Of a stretch of 64,000 bases of DNA, positions 14,131 to 28,055 are shown in pieces. Origin of the DNA: Octopus vulgaris (Eukaryota); assembly GCA_951406725.2 (NCBI GenBank), contig OX597833.1:43524001-43588000 (forward strand), written 5' to 3'. The notes below the pieces were generated by a model, which made no database searches, was not told where the DNA came from, and was given only the letters and a program-made list of their open reading frames with translations. The first letter of the stretch is position 1. Each line of letters opens with the position of its first letter. Position numbers and translations under genes: made by a program.

Positions 14131-14425
14131 CTTCTTGTTCCTTCTCGAGCCACGCCTGGCTCATAAGGGCTGGTTTCCTAGGCATATAGGTTCCCCACCT
14201 GGACGGGATGCTGGTCCGTCGCAGGTGAGCTGCAAGATGCAGGAGGAAAGAGTGAGAGAAATTTGTGGCGAAAGAGTCAGCAGAAGTTTGCCATTACCTT
14301 CTGCTGGAGCCGTGTGGAGCTTAGGTGTTTCGCTCATAAACACACACATCGCCCGGTCTGAGATTCGAACCCGCGATCCACAACCGCGAGTCCGCTGCTC
14401 TAACCACTAGGCCATGTGCCTCCAC
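14131..14425 (-). mobile_element. Distinct tRNA-derived SINE (family C)
   Basis: Minus-strand head ggaggcacatggcctagtggttagagcagcggactcgcggttgtggatcgcgggttcgaatctcagacc (A box and B box) followed by a non-tRNA body. Degenerate related heads near 24570 and 41230-41420. Confidence 0.75.
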
Positions 14426-14569
14426 TAGAGATCAAGAAAATATGTGTACAAAATAAAATAGTTACTGCGGTGAGGAGCTGACTAAACTTTGGGAAAATGT
14501 GTCAACTGCACTGATGATCCTAACTCACAATCAAAAGACTGAAACCAGTAAGCGAATCACACACACACT

Positions 14570-14965
14570 TTTCTTTTATTTGTTTCAGTCATTTGACTAT
14601 GGCCATGCTACAGTACTGCCTTTAGACAAACAAACTGACCTCGGGACTTATTCTTTGTAAGCCCAGAATTTATTCTATTATCCCTTTTACTGAACCACTA
14701 AGTTACGGGGACGTAAACACACCAACACCAGTTGTCAAGTGACAAACACTGGCACATAAATGCATATATATATATATATATATATATCCCACACACACAC
14801 ACACAACAAGCTTCTTTCAGTTTCTATCTACCATATCCACTCACAAGGCGTTGGTCAGCCCAAAGCTATAATAGAAGACACTTGCCAAAGTACCACACAG
14901 TGGGACTGAACCCAGAACTATGTGGTTGGAAAGTAAGCTTCTTACCACATAGTCACTCCTGGTCC
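14570..14965 (-). mobile_element. Family-A SINE
   Basis: Similarity to the 24076 copy. Confidence 0.75.
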
Positions 14966-15366
14966 TATACTTTATACATATATACACACACACATCATCA
15001 TCATCATCGTTTAACGTCCGCCTTCCATGCTAGCATGGGTTGGACGGTTCAACTGGGGTCTGGGGAGCCTGAAGGCTGCACCAGGCCAGTCAGATCTGGC
15101 AGTGTTTCTACAGCTGGATGCCCTTCCTAACGCAAACCACTCCGAGAGTGTAGTGGATGATTTTATGTGCCACCGACACAGGTGCCAGACGAGGCTGGCG
15201 AACGGCCACGCTCGGATGGTGTTTTTTATGTGCCACCGACACAGGTGCCAGACACACAAATTTATATATATTGTATATATGTTCATGTGTGTGTATGTAT
15301 ATATACACACACATGCATATACATACATAAATATTTATATATGTATAATTTGTTTTTAAACAGTTG

Positions 15367-15417
15367 TCACACAACAGAGCTTGTACAGGTGACCTGTCTA
15401 ACCTGCTCTTCATAAAA
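15367..15417 (-). CDS. Candidate short terminal exon B (FYEEQVRQVTCTSSVV*), or a 15-nt microexon FYEEQ (15403-15417)
   Basis: Long polypyrimidine acceptor ctttttttttctctatttgcctttgtattgtacag|TTT TAT GAA GAG CAG GTT..., phase 0. Ends S-S-V-V-stop (class I PDZ ligand). Internal CAG|gttaga is a possible donor. TGCATG lies upstream. Confidence 0.5.
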   Translation of the reverse strand, partial: FYEEQVRQVTCTSSVV

Positions 15418-16066
15418 CTGTACAATACAAAGGCAAATAGAGAAAAAAAAAGCATGTCGATATGTGCACTGTATTTCCAAGCATGCACAAATAGAAGTTC
15501 AGTGTGCCTGTCTGATAAAAAGCAATGCAAAATGTTAATAGAAGTGGTAGTGGTGACATTGATAAGCTCGCAGTTAATGTTAGTGATATGGTGGTGTTTG
15601 GGTGGTGGTGGTAACAATAGTGACAAGGTGGTTGGAGTGATGGACTGAAAGAGAAGGTAGTGTATGTTCTGATCTTCCTTGTTTGGTTTACTAATCTAAC
15701 TGTGCTAAGCACACTACTACTACTGTTGCTGCTACTGCTACCGCCACTAAGCATCACTACTAAAATTACAACTACTAAGATTGCTGTTATCAGGCAAGCT
15801 CCCTTAACTCCCCCATTACTGCTGTAACTAAAGTTTCACTTAGCAACTACCTCACGCACTAAGTTAATGAACACCACTCTACTTACTGTCTAAAACCTTC
15901 TTTGTATACAAGAACACACACGTTAAAACACTCATCTCCTCATGCATTAGTCAAAGACACAACAGAAAGTATTACTTTTCCATTTAAAGAGGAAACAGAG
16001 ATTGAAATAAAGCCAAAATAAAATCCATTTTGCTCACAGAAATGCATACACACACATGAAACATAT

Positions 16067-16746
16067 ACTCTCTTACTTGTTTCAGTCGTTTGACTGTGGC
16101 CATGCTGGAGCACCACCTTTAGTCGAGCAAATCGACCTTAGGTCTAATTCTTTGTAAACCTAGTACTTATTCTATCGGTCTCTTATGCTGAAACACCTAG
16201 TTAAGGGGACGTAAACACACCATCAAGCGATGTTGGGCGGGGCGACGAACACATTTACACACACATACATACATACATACGATGGGCTTCTTTCAGTTTC
16301 TGTCTACCAAATCCACTCACAAGGCTTTGGTTAGCCCAAGGCTATAGTAGAAGACACTTGCCCAAGGTGCCACGTAGTGGGACTGAACCCAGAACCATGT
16401 GGTTGGTAAGCAAGCTACTTACCACACAGCCACTCCTACACCTGTGCGAATATATTTTCTTTTGCTCTTTTATTTGTTTCAGTCATTTGACTGTGGCCAT
16501 GCAGGAGCACCACCTTTAGTCAAATAAATTGACCCCCAAAACTTATTCTTTATAAGCTTAGTACTTATTCTATAGGTCTCTTTTCCCGAACTGCTAAGTT
16601 ACAAGGGAGATAAACACACCAGCATCGGTTGTCAAGCGATGGTGGTAGGGGACAAACACAGACACACAAACATATATATACATACATATATATATACATA
16701 TATATATATATATATGTTTTGCAAAATAGTGGTTTTGTCTCTAATA

Positions 16747-16778
<32 letters not shown>

Positions 16779-16927
16779 CGACGGGCTTCTTTCAGTTTCT
16801 GTCTACCAAATCTACTCACAAGGCTTTGGTCAGCCTGAGGCTTTAGCAACAGATGCTTGCCCAAGGTGCTACACGGTGGGACGAACCCAGAACCATGTGG
16901 CTGGTAAGCAAGATACTTATCACATAG
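16067..16927 (-). mobile_element. Two tandem family-A SINEs
   Basis: Copies at about 16067-16442 and 16460-16927. Confidence 0.8.
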
Positions 16928-19184
16928 CTATATATATATATATATATATATAGCCTCAGGCCAACCAAAGAGGATTTGGTAGGCAGAAACTGAAAGAAAC
17001 CTGTCATGTGTGTGTGTGCATACACACATCTATGTATACACAGACCTATATACACATATATATATATACACGCACACATCTATGTGTATACATATATATA
17101 CACAGCTACACAAGCACACATAAATATGCGAGAGGGAGCGAGTATGTATGCCTGTGTGTATATATGTATGTACACACACACCCGGATACCCATGTGTATG
17201 ACTGAAAATGTGTGTTTGTGTGCGTGTGTGTGTGCGTATTGTTAAATATTGTGCTTATAAAGTGGGCAAAAAAGTCTTCATTGCCTAAAGTGTTTATGTA
17301 TCAGTAGAAATTGAAGCTTCTTAGCTAAGTAACCGATGATTAAGAATATTGTGTGCAACTATATATTACAGACACAATGCATATAAATGATCATTTTCGG
17401 CATATAAATAACAAATGAATAGGACAGGGAGGGGTCGGTGTGAAATACACCCCATCCTTGCACCTTCCGATCAAATGTTCCCACAAACACATTTCTGAAA
17501 GTGTGTGAAAAACAAATATATACCAAACACTGAAGTAGAGACAAACACCACTTCAATATAACAATGTATACACACACCCATCCCATTAAATGTTTCTCCT
17601 GTTACCACCACACATCCTCTAACAGGGGTATACACACCTGAGGGATTGTCATGTAACCCAATCTTTCATTCCACCACCACCACCACCACCACCACCACCA
17701 CCACCATCACTTCCAACACTGCTACCACCGCCACCACCTCTGTTTATCAATACCTGACATATTTAAAGCAATATTCTATTCAGAGATATCAATTGATTCC
17801 ATTCTGGCTGTCTACTTTTTCTGTCAGTCTCTTATTTCTATTGCTTTGCAACTACCACGCCCACTGGGCTTAGTCACTAAAGGCACTGCAGATACCACAA
17901 CCACCACCACTATCTGTCAATAATAACACAAATTATATACATACACACACACACACGCACGCATACATACATACATAAACACACACACGCATACATACAT
18001 ACATACATAAACACACACACGCATACATACATACATAAACACACACACGTGTGTGAATATAAATCTGTGAATTAAGTACATCAATTGATCAATGTAGCTT
18101 TCTATGAAACCAATAATTTGTTTCCTGTATTACTAACAGTGAGAGAGTTGACATGGATGGTGTCTGTAGATCTGTATAGAACTCTGGAAAAGCACAGGGG
18201 CTGGAGGAGGAGGGTTCAATTACAGATACAAAAATGTGCAATCATCATCATCATCATGTCCACTCTTGCATGTTGGCATGTTCTTATTCAGAGTTATTGC
18301 CTTTCTAGAAGGATCAAAGGATCACATCTTGCTCAGAACTTCCATTTCTAGTACAGTTTTTGTGGCTGAATGTGCTTTCTATAAGCAATCAGGTTACAGA
18401 GTGTACATTTTATTATGAGACCAGCACTAAAGGGGTTGTCATATTGTCTCTGCTCAACCAATCAACCAACTAACCACTCAATGCAGTTTACTGTGGCACC
18501 CATACCCAAGATTAAAGAAGCTGGCCGGCCTATAATGTGATGTGTTCATGCTTGTTTGCTCCAATGTAATTGGGGCCAGGGTAAATAGAAGAAAGAGTGA
18601 TGACAACAGCCATGGTGGGTAAGACAAAAGATCAAGAAAATGTGATGGTGGAAGCAGCGTAATTATGGAGAGAGAGAACGAGAGAGAAAGAGAGAGAGAG
18701 AAAGAGTGAATGAGAGAGAGAGAGAGATGGACAATGACAGAGGTAGATATTAATAGAAATGAGAGGTTGATGTTAGTAACAAATGGACAGAAGGGATTGA
18801 GTCATGACTTGCTGTATAGAAAGGATCATGGTGGTGTGTGTGTGTGTGTGTGTATCATATAAATAATATATATATATGCATAGATACATACATATATATG
18901 TACATACTTACATATATATGTATATATATATATATGCATATATGGGCACAGGATATCACAAGACATAAACAAATATAAAATACGAAAACTTTTTTATGCT
19001 AACAACAAAAGAAACGTCCGCTTTCCATGCTAGCATGGGTTGGACGATTTGACTGAGGACTGGCTAACCAGATGGCTGCACCAGGCTCCAATCTGATCTG
19101 GCAGAGTTTCTACAGCTGGATGCTCTTCCTAACACCAACCTCTCTGAGAGTGTAGTGGGCACTTTTACGTGCCACCTGCACAGT

Positions 19185-20089
19185 GAAGGCAGCTGGGAAA
19201 TGTATAACTGCTGTCATTCACAGAAAAACTATTGTATTACCGTGAGAAAAGTGCTGTTGAAGTGTTAAGTGAAATTTGGCAATCAAGCATCGCATCCACG
19301 CTATGCTTGCATGAAGCCACTACAAATATGCTGTGCAATAAAAAATTTATCTACAGTCATGGAAAAAGTGTAACTGTAAAAATGCAGAATTATCGGAGTA
19401 ATGGGTATTCAAAAAAGTATGTATGTATAGAAATGTATGAATGAAGTCTTTAAGGTTTAAGCTTCAAATTAAAAAATTGCAGTAATAATGTTTAGCAGCT
19501 CAGTACTGAAATGCAGAATTAGGTCAGCTGACGATGAGAATCAAATATTGATCGCTTTGCTAAAAACTGCAGGTGGTATGGGTTATTTGCCTTGGGTTGT
19601 TTAAATAAAATATTAGTAATATGTAGTAGATAGAAGGATCTATTGGAGGGGCCCTATTATTATTGATTTTTTTTAACAATGTAAGTATGTCATGAGGTTT
19701 CCAGACATGTATTCTACTCGCGTATCAAATAAAGAGATATTGCCTGCAGAAATTAGAAATTGGACACACAAAAAATCAATATTCAAAGTAATCGAACATA
19801 AACAATGAAATGGATTATTTCCCTTGATTATTTAAAAAAATATTTTGCAGATTCTATGGGTTATTTCCCTTGGGTGTTTAAAAATAATTAGTTACATGAG
19901 GTAGATATAAAGATCCATTCCAGGGGCCGTATTATCGATTTTTTCAACAATCTAAGTATGTCATGAGGTTTCCAGACATGAGTTCTATTCATGTGTCAAG
20001 TTTTATCAAAATCAGAAGAGCTATGTAGGAGGAGTTAGCTAACAACACCACAAACAAACATACACCAATTTTCCACATATTTAGTAGAT
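19185..20089 (-). mobile_element. Helitron-like element, 5' part, with internal ~280-bp period duplication
   Basis: Minus strand starts TCTACTAAATATGTGGAAAATTGGTGTATGTTTGTTTG...AACTCCTCCTAC...GATTTTGATAAAACTTGACAC. 19577-19725 is repeated at 19857-20000. 3' boundary unclear. Confidence 0.55.
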
Positions 20090-20839
20090 ATAGGCACAGG
20101 TTGGCAAAACTTAACAAAGACAGTTAATTTAGCTATATAATAAAGCTATAGTAATATAACCTATTTTATGTTGAAACCAGCCAAATGTGACCTCACACAC
20201 TTACCCTACAATGCCATTCTAAAAAGATCTTCATTGAAATCATAACTTCATTATGAACAGGATTGATTTAAAACAATGAGAACAAATAAGCATTATATTT
20301 ATGAGAGTAACCTGAATGATAAAGGATTAAATGACTGAAGGTATTCCATCTACAAGCATATATTAAGAAAACAACCATTCACAGTATCAGTTGGAAAATA
20401 CCTCAAAGTAGTGCTCTCCATATTAAATGCTATTACAGTAGGGTCTCACACATCTTGAACAATGTGAGATGAGATACTTAGATCAACTGAGATCTAAGAA
20501 ATTAGTAGAAAAAATACATTTTGTGGAGTCGCTTAAAATGTAGAATCTTACGAGGGAGATAACTGCAGTCAGATCAGCATCAGTATATTCCTTCTGTCTC
20601 TTTTATGAACACACGTAATCTTCTTTCATCTTTTCCTTGTTTCAATCATCACACTGAAAGCCATGATGGGGCACTGTTTTGAGGAGTTTAGTCAAATAAA
20701 TTAACCCAAGTACTTATTTTTTAAGTTTGGTATTTATTCGATCGGTCTATTTTACCAAATCAGTATGAACAAAACCATCACCAATTATCAAATGGTAGGG
20801 CATGGAAACACAAAGATATACACACACACACACACATAT

Positions 20840-21779
20840 ATATATGTATAAAAAATATATATAAAAATACAAAATGGGACAAGAACACAAAACACTCAAA
20901 GAGACGACACAAAAAACGAGGATGGGTCATTCGAAGCCTCTAATCTTCAGTCAAGAACCGGATCATCCTCGCAATTTTGGCTGATTAATCTTGAAATCGC
21001 TCCAATCCGGCCAGCCTCAAGGAAAAACTAAGCTATGAGCATTAGATTTCTTGGAAAAAGGATCGAATGTATACGAAACAAGGACAGAAAAACGGACGGT
21101 GCCACACGAATATAAATACAAAAAACAATAATAGTAATAACAGGACAAAAACAGCAGGTGTCTTACGACTATAGACAAGTACAACTTAGCTTAGCTGGCG
21201 TATTTGGAAAAAAATGCCTTTGCGGCAGACGAAGAAAACGATGTTGTCGTGGCGGTGGTCAGAAGCCGAAAGGCTAGTTGACCAGCGGTCACGTGAGAGG
21301 AGAAGAGAGAGAAAATAAGGGGGCAAAGGAATCAAAGAGAGAGAGAAAAAGAGGGACAAAGGCACCAAAGGGGGGGAGAAGAGAGAGAAAGAAGGAATTA
21401 AAGAGGGGAGAAGAAAGAGAGTGTGCCAAGGATTGGCTTGGCGACAGAATCAGTGAGGTGCAAAGTGAGAAAGACAGAGAAATATGAGAGAGTGGGGGAA
21501 GAGGAGACCAAAGAATCAGAGGCAAGAAAAGAGAAAGACAGAGACTAGTGATGTATAGAGAAAGTGTGTGTAGAAGTCGTACAATAGTGGAATGCTTACA
21601 TACATAAGAGAACAAGATGTACGTTACGCCGCAATAATATATGTATAAAAAATATATATAAAAATACAAAATGGGACAAGAACGCAAAACACTCAAAGAG
21701 ACGACACAAAAAACGGACGGGTCTTTCGAAGCCTCTAATCTTCAGTCAAGAACCGGATCATCCTCGCAATTTCGGCTGA

Positions 21780-21784
<5 letters not shown>
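20840..21784. mobile_element. (TA)n-embedded element with ~145-bp terminal direct repeat (Penelope pseudo-LTR-like partial tandem)
   Basis: 20840-20988 is repeated at 21637-21784. Degenerate CTGAAGA...GAAA motif on the minus strand; no TG...CA termini. Confidence 0.55.
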
Positions 21785-21821
<37 letters not shown>

Positions 21822-22204
21822 AAGGTTTCTACACAGTTTCCATAAACCAAATTTACACACAAGACATTTGCAGACCCTTCTTGCTGTCAAACCCTTACCT
21901 GTTTCCAAGCAAGAGAATAAATTCCTTATGGTCAGACATATTCCTGCAGAATACTGGAAATAAATGGCACTGCTTGTGCAATAGTGATGCATGTTTACAG
22001 CAATCACACAATGTTAAGACAAAGAGACACAAACATGCAGACACAATATACAACGGGCTTCTTTCAGTTCCTGTCTATGAAATCCACTCACAAGGCTTTG
22101 GTAGAATCAGGACTATAGCAGAAGACATTTACCCAAGGTGTCATACAGCAGAACTGAACCAGGAACCATGAGGTTGGAAGCCACATCTACACATACAATA
22201 GTTA

Positions 22205-22604
22205 GGATCTCTTCGGTTTGAACGGCAGTTTTTTCTAGCGGTGTCATATGAAATTGTTACCCATAATTATGACCCTAGAATCGATCTATTGCATTTCAAT
22301 CTCTTTTAGGGTTAGGGTGGGGGAAGGGTATCTCTTTTTCTTCACAAATGTAAATAAACCCAATCTGTTTCTTAAACGAGGGACATATTCATACGGCACA
22401 GAATGCTTTTTAACTCAATAGATGTCAGTGATTGGTTGAAATTGCAGAAAAAAAACAACAAATATCTTACAAACTATAGAATTTTCTCAATAAAGCCAAG
22501 AGAAAAAGATGTTTTATAAACACATTCTACCAGTATATGAAGTTTAAAATTTTTTAGTTACCTAGAGATTATGTTAAAAACTGCCGTTCAAACTGAAAAG
22601 ATCC
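22205..22604. mobile_element. 400-bp MITE, Merlin-like (5'-GG TIRs, 8-bp TSD)
   Basis: TIR ggatctcttcggtttgaacggcagttttt / aaaaactgccgttcaaactgaaaagatcc. TSD aatagtta at 22197-22204 and 22605-22612. Confidence 0.8.
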
Positions 22605-24075
22605 AATAGTTATCATTATTATGCTTGATCTGAAAGTAAATCTCTAATTGTTTCTTGTGTATTGTTTTCTTTTGTATTTTGTCTGTATTTTAGCAATGTG
22701 TATTTCATATTCGTGAACAATAAAAGCTAACATTATCATCATTAAAATACTTTGCAGTGTTTGTTCCGACTCCTTGCATTCTGAGTTCAAATCTTGCTGA
22801 AATCAACTTTGCCTTTGATTCTGCCAAGGATTATAAACAAAGTACCAATCTAGTTAGTACCAAGATCAATTCAATCAACTAAATCCCCTTCTCAAAAGTG
22901 CAGGCTTTGTGCCGAAGCCAAAAATGATTATTATCTTCCTGATGAGGTCAGACAATCCTTCATGCTTCCTTCTGTAGTAAAATAGAGTCTTCTCCAAAAA
23001 TGTATGTCCTTGAACTGGATTTAGAAATATTATTTTCTTTGAAAGCCATGAACAATATTAACAAGATTTTTAGTTTCCCTTCTCTAAATTCATGACAATG
23101 GTTCACTTGAGTTATTTCCCTTAGCTTTTATTTTTAATTATGTGAGTCTGCCACTGTTGAGGAACTCTGGTCTTGATACTGTAGAATATCTAGTGCCAAG
23201 TTTTATTTAAAAAAAAAAAAAAATTAGGGGCTCCTGTGGAAAGGGCTATACATTATTTTTCAATCAAAAATTTGGTAGAAATTGAACACAGAACAGAGAT
23301 AGACAAAATGTTGCTTAGCATTTTGCCCAGTGAGCTATCAATTCTGCCAGGTTGCTGTCTTAACAGAAAGTTAAAATAATAGTATCAAATTTTGGCACAG
23401 AATCAATATTTGCAAGGGAGGAGGTAAGTCAATTACATCAACCCTAATGCTCAACTGGTACTTACTTTATTAAGGATGAAAGGCCAAATAGACCTTTGCA
23501 GAAATTAAACAGAGTGTAAAGATGGATGAAATGCCATTAAGCATTTCACTCAACATGCCAATGATTCTGCCAGGTGAAAATTTTGGTTTCAAATTTTGGC
23601 AGAAGGCCAGTATTTTCAAGGAAGTTGGTAAGTCAATTAAATCAACCCTAGTATTCAACTGCTACTTATTTTATTGACCCCAAAATGATAAAAAGGCAAA
23701 TGGACTTTGATGGAATTTGAATACAGAATGTAAAGACAGATGAAATACCATTAAGTATTTTGCCTGGCATGCTAATGATTCTACCAGGTTGCCACCTTAT
23801 CAGAGGTTTAAAATACTAATGACATGAACATATTGTTCTATGTGAAGTGAAAGTAACTGAGCAATAATTTTAGTCATTTCACCTCGTTATGTAGATTGGA
23901 GACATGAATAATACATAACGAAGAGATAGCCCCCCCCCCCCCCAACCCATACCATCATGAAGTGATCACTGTTTAGTTGGTTCTAACAAACACAAGAACA
24001 TCTGTCAACTGAAACTTCATACAGTACAGGACCATTATCTTCCTTGTCATAGAGTATCAAATAAGTGATACATGA

Positions 24076-24463
24076 TAGGCGCAGGAGTGGCTGTGTGGTA
24101 AGTAGCTTGCTAACCAACCACATGGTTCCGGGTCCAGTCCCACTGCGTGGCATCTTGGGCAAGTGTCTTCTGCTATAGCCCCGGGCCGACCAATGCTTTG
24201 TGAGTGGATTTGGTAGACAGAAACTGAAAGAAGCCTGTCGTATATATGTATATATATATAAATGTGTGTGTGTGTTTTTCCCCCTGGCATTGCTTGACAA
24301 CCGATGCTGGTGTGTTTGCGTCCCCGTCACTTAGCGGTTCGGCAAAAGAGACCGATAGAATAAGTACTGGGCTTACAAAGAATAAGTCCCGGGGTTGATT
24401 TGCTCGACTAAAGGCGGTGCTCCAGCATGGCCACAGTAAAATGACTGAAACAAGTAAAAGAGT
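24076..24463 (+). mobile_element. Family-A tRNA-derived SINE (full-length reference copy, internal microsatellite)
   Basis: Head taggcgcaggagtggctgtgtggtaag...ccgggt(t/c)cagtcccactgcgtggca (A/B-box-like), cttgggcaagtg core, internal (TA)/(TG)n, tail ggcggtgctccagcatggcc...gactgaaacaagtaaaagag. Confidence 0.85.
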
Positions 24464-24978
24464 ATAGTCTCTGTAGATCTTTTAACATCAGATATCACAC
24501 TTTTGCCACATAGATTCTTAGTCTCTTAATCATTGTAGGTCCTCTACCTTTCCTATCATACCAGGAGCATGCAGCTTAATAGTAAGCATATTCAGCTCGT
24601 GATCATAAGGTTGTGGGTTTGATTCCCAGTGGTGCACTGTATCCTTGAGCAAGACACTTTCCTTCATGTAGATCCAATCCACTCAACTGGTAGAAATAAG
24701 TAGTACCAGTATTTCAAAATGCCAGCATTGGCACATAGTTTCATGCTGAATCTACCTGAGAACTATGTTAAGGTTACACATGTTTGTGGAGTGCTCAGCC
24801 ACTTACATGTTAATTTCACAAGCTGACTGTTCCATTGATTGGATCAAATGGAACACTCACTGACATAATCAATAGAGTTCCAGTTTCAGTTCCCTACCAT
24901 AACTCAGAACAAATGACAATTAACCTGGTTCTTTATTTTCACAGCTGCACAAAAAAAAAAAAGCGGGGCTTATATTTA

Positions 24979-25343
24979 TAGGCGCAAAAGTGGCTGTGTG
25001 GTAGGTAGCTTTCTTACCAACCACATGGTTCCGGGTACATTCCCATTGCGTGACACCTTGGGCAAGTGTCTTCTACTATAGCCTCGGGCCGACCAAAGCC
25101 TTGTGAGTGGATTTGGTAGACGGAAACTGAAAGTAACCCGTCGTGTATGTATATATATATATAATTTTTGCTTGTATGTTTTGTCCCTCCGCTTTACCTC
25201 ATGATTGAATTATTCAATAATTTTTGCTTGTATGTTTTGTCCCTCCGCTTTACCTCATGGTGCGATATGAACATTTAACGTGGTTTTATAGTCAGAGTTT
25301 CGACTGCTATTTCGGCATGTTGGTGTCTTTTAGACACCCTCAT

Positions 25344-25392
<49 letters not shown>

Positions 25393-25592
25393 TGTGTTTG
25401 TCCCCCAACATCGCTTGACAACCGATGGTGGTGTGTTTACGTCTCCGTAATTTAGCGGTTCGGCAAAAGAGACTGATAGAATAAGTACAAGGCTTCCAAA
25501 GAATAAGTACTGGGGTCAATTTGCTTTCAGCTAAAGGCATGCTCCAGCATGGCCACAGTCAAATGACTGAAACAAGTAAAAGAGTAAAGAGT
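24979..25592 (+). mobile_element. Family-A SINE with foreign insertion in its central (TA)n
   Basis: Head at 24979, tail to 25592. Insert at about 25161-25350 contains a ~43-bp direct duplication. Confidence 0.8.
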
Positions 25593-26365
25593 AATATATA
25601 TTCTGCTCCAGTCACTATATGTTGTATGACTTTCATTGCTACACAACATCATATCACTGACAATATGCAAGTCTCTTTAGATTATATAAATATTCCAGCT
25701 TTACTGTAAGGGAGCAAATCACTGGCAGTATGCCATAAGGTCTTTGTAGTTTCAGCCCATGTTCTGTCTTCCCTATTATATGAAATCCCACCACTTGGAG
25801 CTACTGAAGGAGTCTCTACATAGTTACTAAGCCAGCTAAAGCCAGCAACCAAATCCTTATCAAATCACATCCTTCCATTTTGAATAATATAGTCTTAGGC
25901 ACAATATGCTTGAAAACAGATGACGTGGCTAGTACGACTGAATCATTAGCTTGCTCAACTAGAGTTGACCTGAGATTAGCCATCTATAAAAACACTTGGA
26001 TAATGCCGTGCTAGATATATTGATACTTCAAAAGAAAAAACAATGGGAATTATGGGTGGAATACCTTTGGAGGTGTACTCAATCAAGGATGCTCTAGGAC
26101 TAAATATCACCACAATCTCATTTCTAGATATTATAAGTCTTCTGCTTCACTGCTGCAAACTAGAACAAGTCTGATACACAAGTGTAAGAGTTTTTTATAG
26201 GCATGTATGAATACTGTTCTAGATGAGTAATATATAGTATATATACATATACCATAATAATAATAATAGTATTTTACAAGCTTAAAGCTTATAGCAATCA
26301 CTGCGCAATGACTAAAGAAAATAGTCTAATAATGGGGCATATAAGCCCTCAACAGCAAAAAGTAG

Positions 26366-26418
<53 letters not shown>

Positions 26419-26802
26419 GTATGGCTGTAAACAGTCAATTTGTAAAACCTGGAAAAATGTTAAGAGTGAGTTATTTCCTGTATAAATGTGAGTGTACATT
26501 ACCATATCTCTATAGTTAACGAGGTCAGTGAAGGTAGGCTGGCCTAAACAGTGATAACATACAACAAACCAAGTCACACATGACTAACCAAAACTTTTTC
26601 CTATTTCATTTCTGTTAATTCTACCTTCTCTCACAATCGTCACAAAGTAATTGTGTCTTTCATAAAACTAGGTGCATTTTTTCACAAAAGGAGTGGGAAC
26701 AAGGGAAGGACAAGGAATTTACACCTAGCCTATTAACCTTATATTTCTTTTTCCTACTGTTCTTTTTTATTTAATTAATTGAATTTATTTATTTTTGTGA
26801 CA

Positions 26803-28055
26803 GGTAGAAGTTCACCAAAGATCAGTTCTCAGCTCCACCCCACCTGTTCATCATAATCCTCCAGGCTATAACAGAGGAATTTAAGACAGGCTGCCTCTGG
26901 GCACTCCTCTATGCTGATGACCTTGTTCTTATAGCTGAATCACTACCAGAACTAGAGAAAAAATTTCAGGTGTGGAAGCAAGGTCAGGAATCAAACGGCC
27001 TTAGAATTAATTCAGCTAAGACCAAAATCTTACTAAGTAGGAAAACAGTCAAGTCACAAATACCTTCAGGGCTCTGCTTCATACGTAGGTAGAAACTTAT
27101 ATGTAGGTAGGTGTAGGTAGAAACTTCATAAGTCATACCTGGTGCGGTATGGCACATAAGAGGTGCAGCAGTATCAGAGGAAGGCTAACTGAGAAAGTAG
27201 TCTGTATGTGACAGGCGTGTAGGCACAATAAACACTAGGAATGTATGAGGAATAGACTTTGTCAAATCCCAGGAGGATATCTAGAAATAGTAGATAGCTT
27301 CCATTACCTAGGTGACAAATCAGCAGTGGAGAAGGATATTCTGAGATTGTAAATCACAGAATAAGAATGGGCTGGTTAAAATTTAGAGAGATATTACATT
27401 TGTTGGTAACAAAGGGCCTTTCTCTCAGAGTGAAAGACAGATTGTATGATGGCTTGCATGTAAACAGCCATGATACATGGCAATGACTGCAGAGGACATG
27501 TGAAGTCTTCAAAGAAATGAAGCCAGGGTGCTTCATTGGATGTGCAATGTCAGCATGCATGTATGACAGAATGTGAGTGCCATAAGAGAAAAACTGAGTA
27601 TAACAGGCATCGAGTGTAGTGTGCAAGAGAGAAGACTGCACTGGTATGGCCATGTGATGTGTATGGATGGAGACAGCTGCAGAAAGAAGTGCCAGTCCTT
27701 AACTGAAGAGAGAACCTGGAAGATGTGGGATGAGGTAGTGAAATATGATCTTTGGATGTGCTGACAGGTGACTGAGATTTGGCAATTTGCTGTGCTTGAG
27801 AAGACATTGAAGCTTAGTGGAATTGTAGTTATGGCCAGTGCTGGTGATGCATAAAAGGCACTGGTGCTGGTGACAATTTAAAGGCATCCAGTACACTCTT
27901 TGGAGTGGTTGGCATTAGGAAGGGTATCCAGCCATAGAAACCAAGCCGAAATAGACTAGAGCTTGGTACAGTTCTCTGGCTTACCTTCAAGTTCCAGTGG
28001 AACTATCCAGCCCATGCTAACATGAAAAATAGATGTTAAATGATGATGATGATGA
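26803..28055 (+). mobile_element. 5'-truncated RTE-clade LINE (RT C-terminal half + 3' UTR + (GAT)n tail)
   Basis: Translates LFIIILQAITEEFKTGCLWALLYADDLVLIAES (YADD motif) and VQERRLHWYGHVMCM; frameshifted. Ends cccatgctaacatgaaaaatagatgttaaatgatgatgatgatga. Confidence 0.85.

Noticed and set aside
14340-14425. tRNA-like sequence
   Set aside because: No complete acceptor stem, and it continues into a SINE body; it is a SINE head, not a tRNA gene.
17400-17650. Unique island with minus-strand acceptors (KCVCGNI*; 6-nt TGTTTG|gtatat)
   Set aside because: No convincing peptide or unambiguous splice-site pair.
20900-21030. Hammerhead-like CTGAAGA...GAAA motifs in the direct repeats (also 21715-21750 and the loop at about 44645-44688)
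   Set aside because: Core or stems are broken (GAAT in one copy; no U-H after stem III); at best relics.
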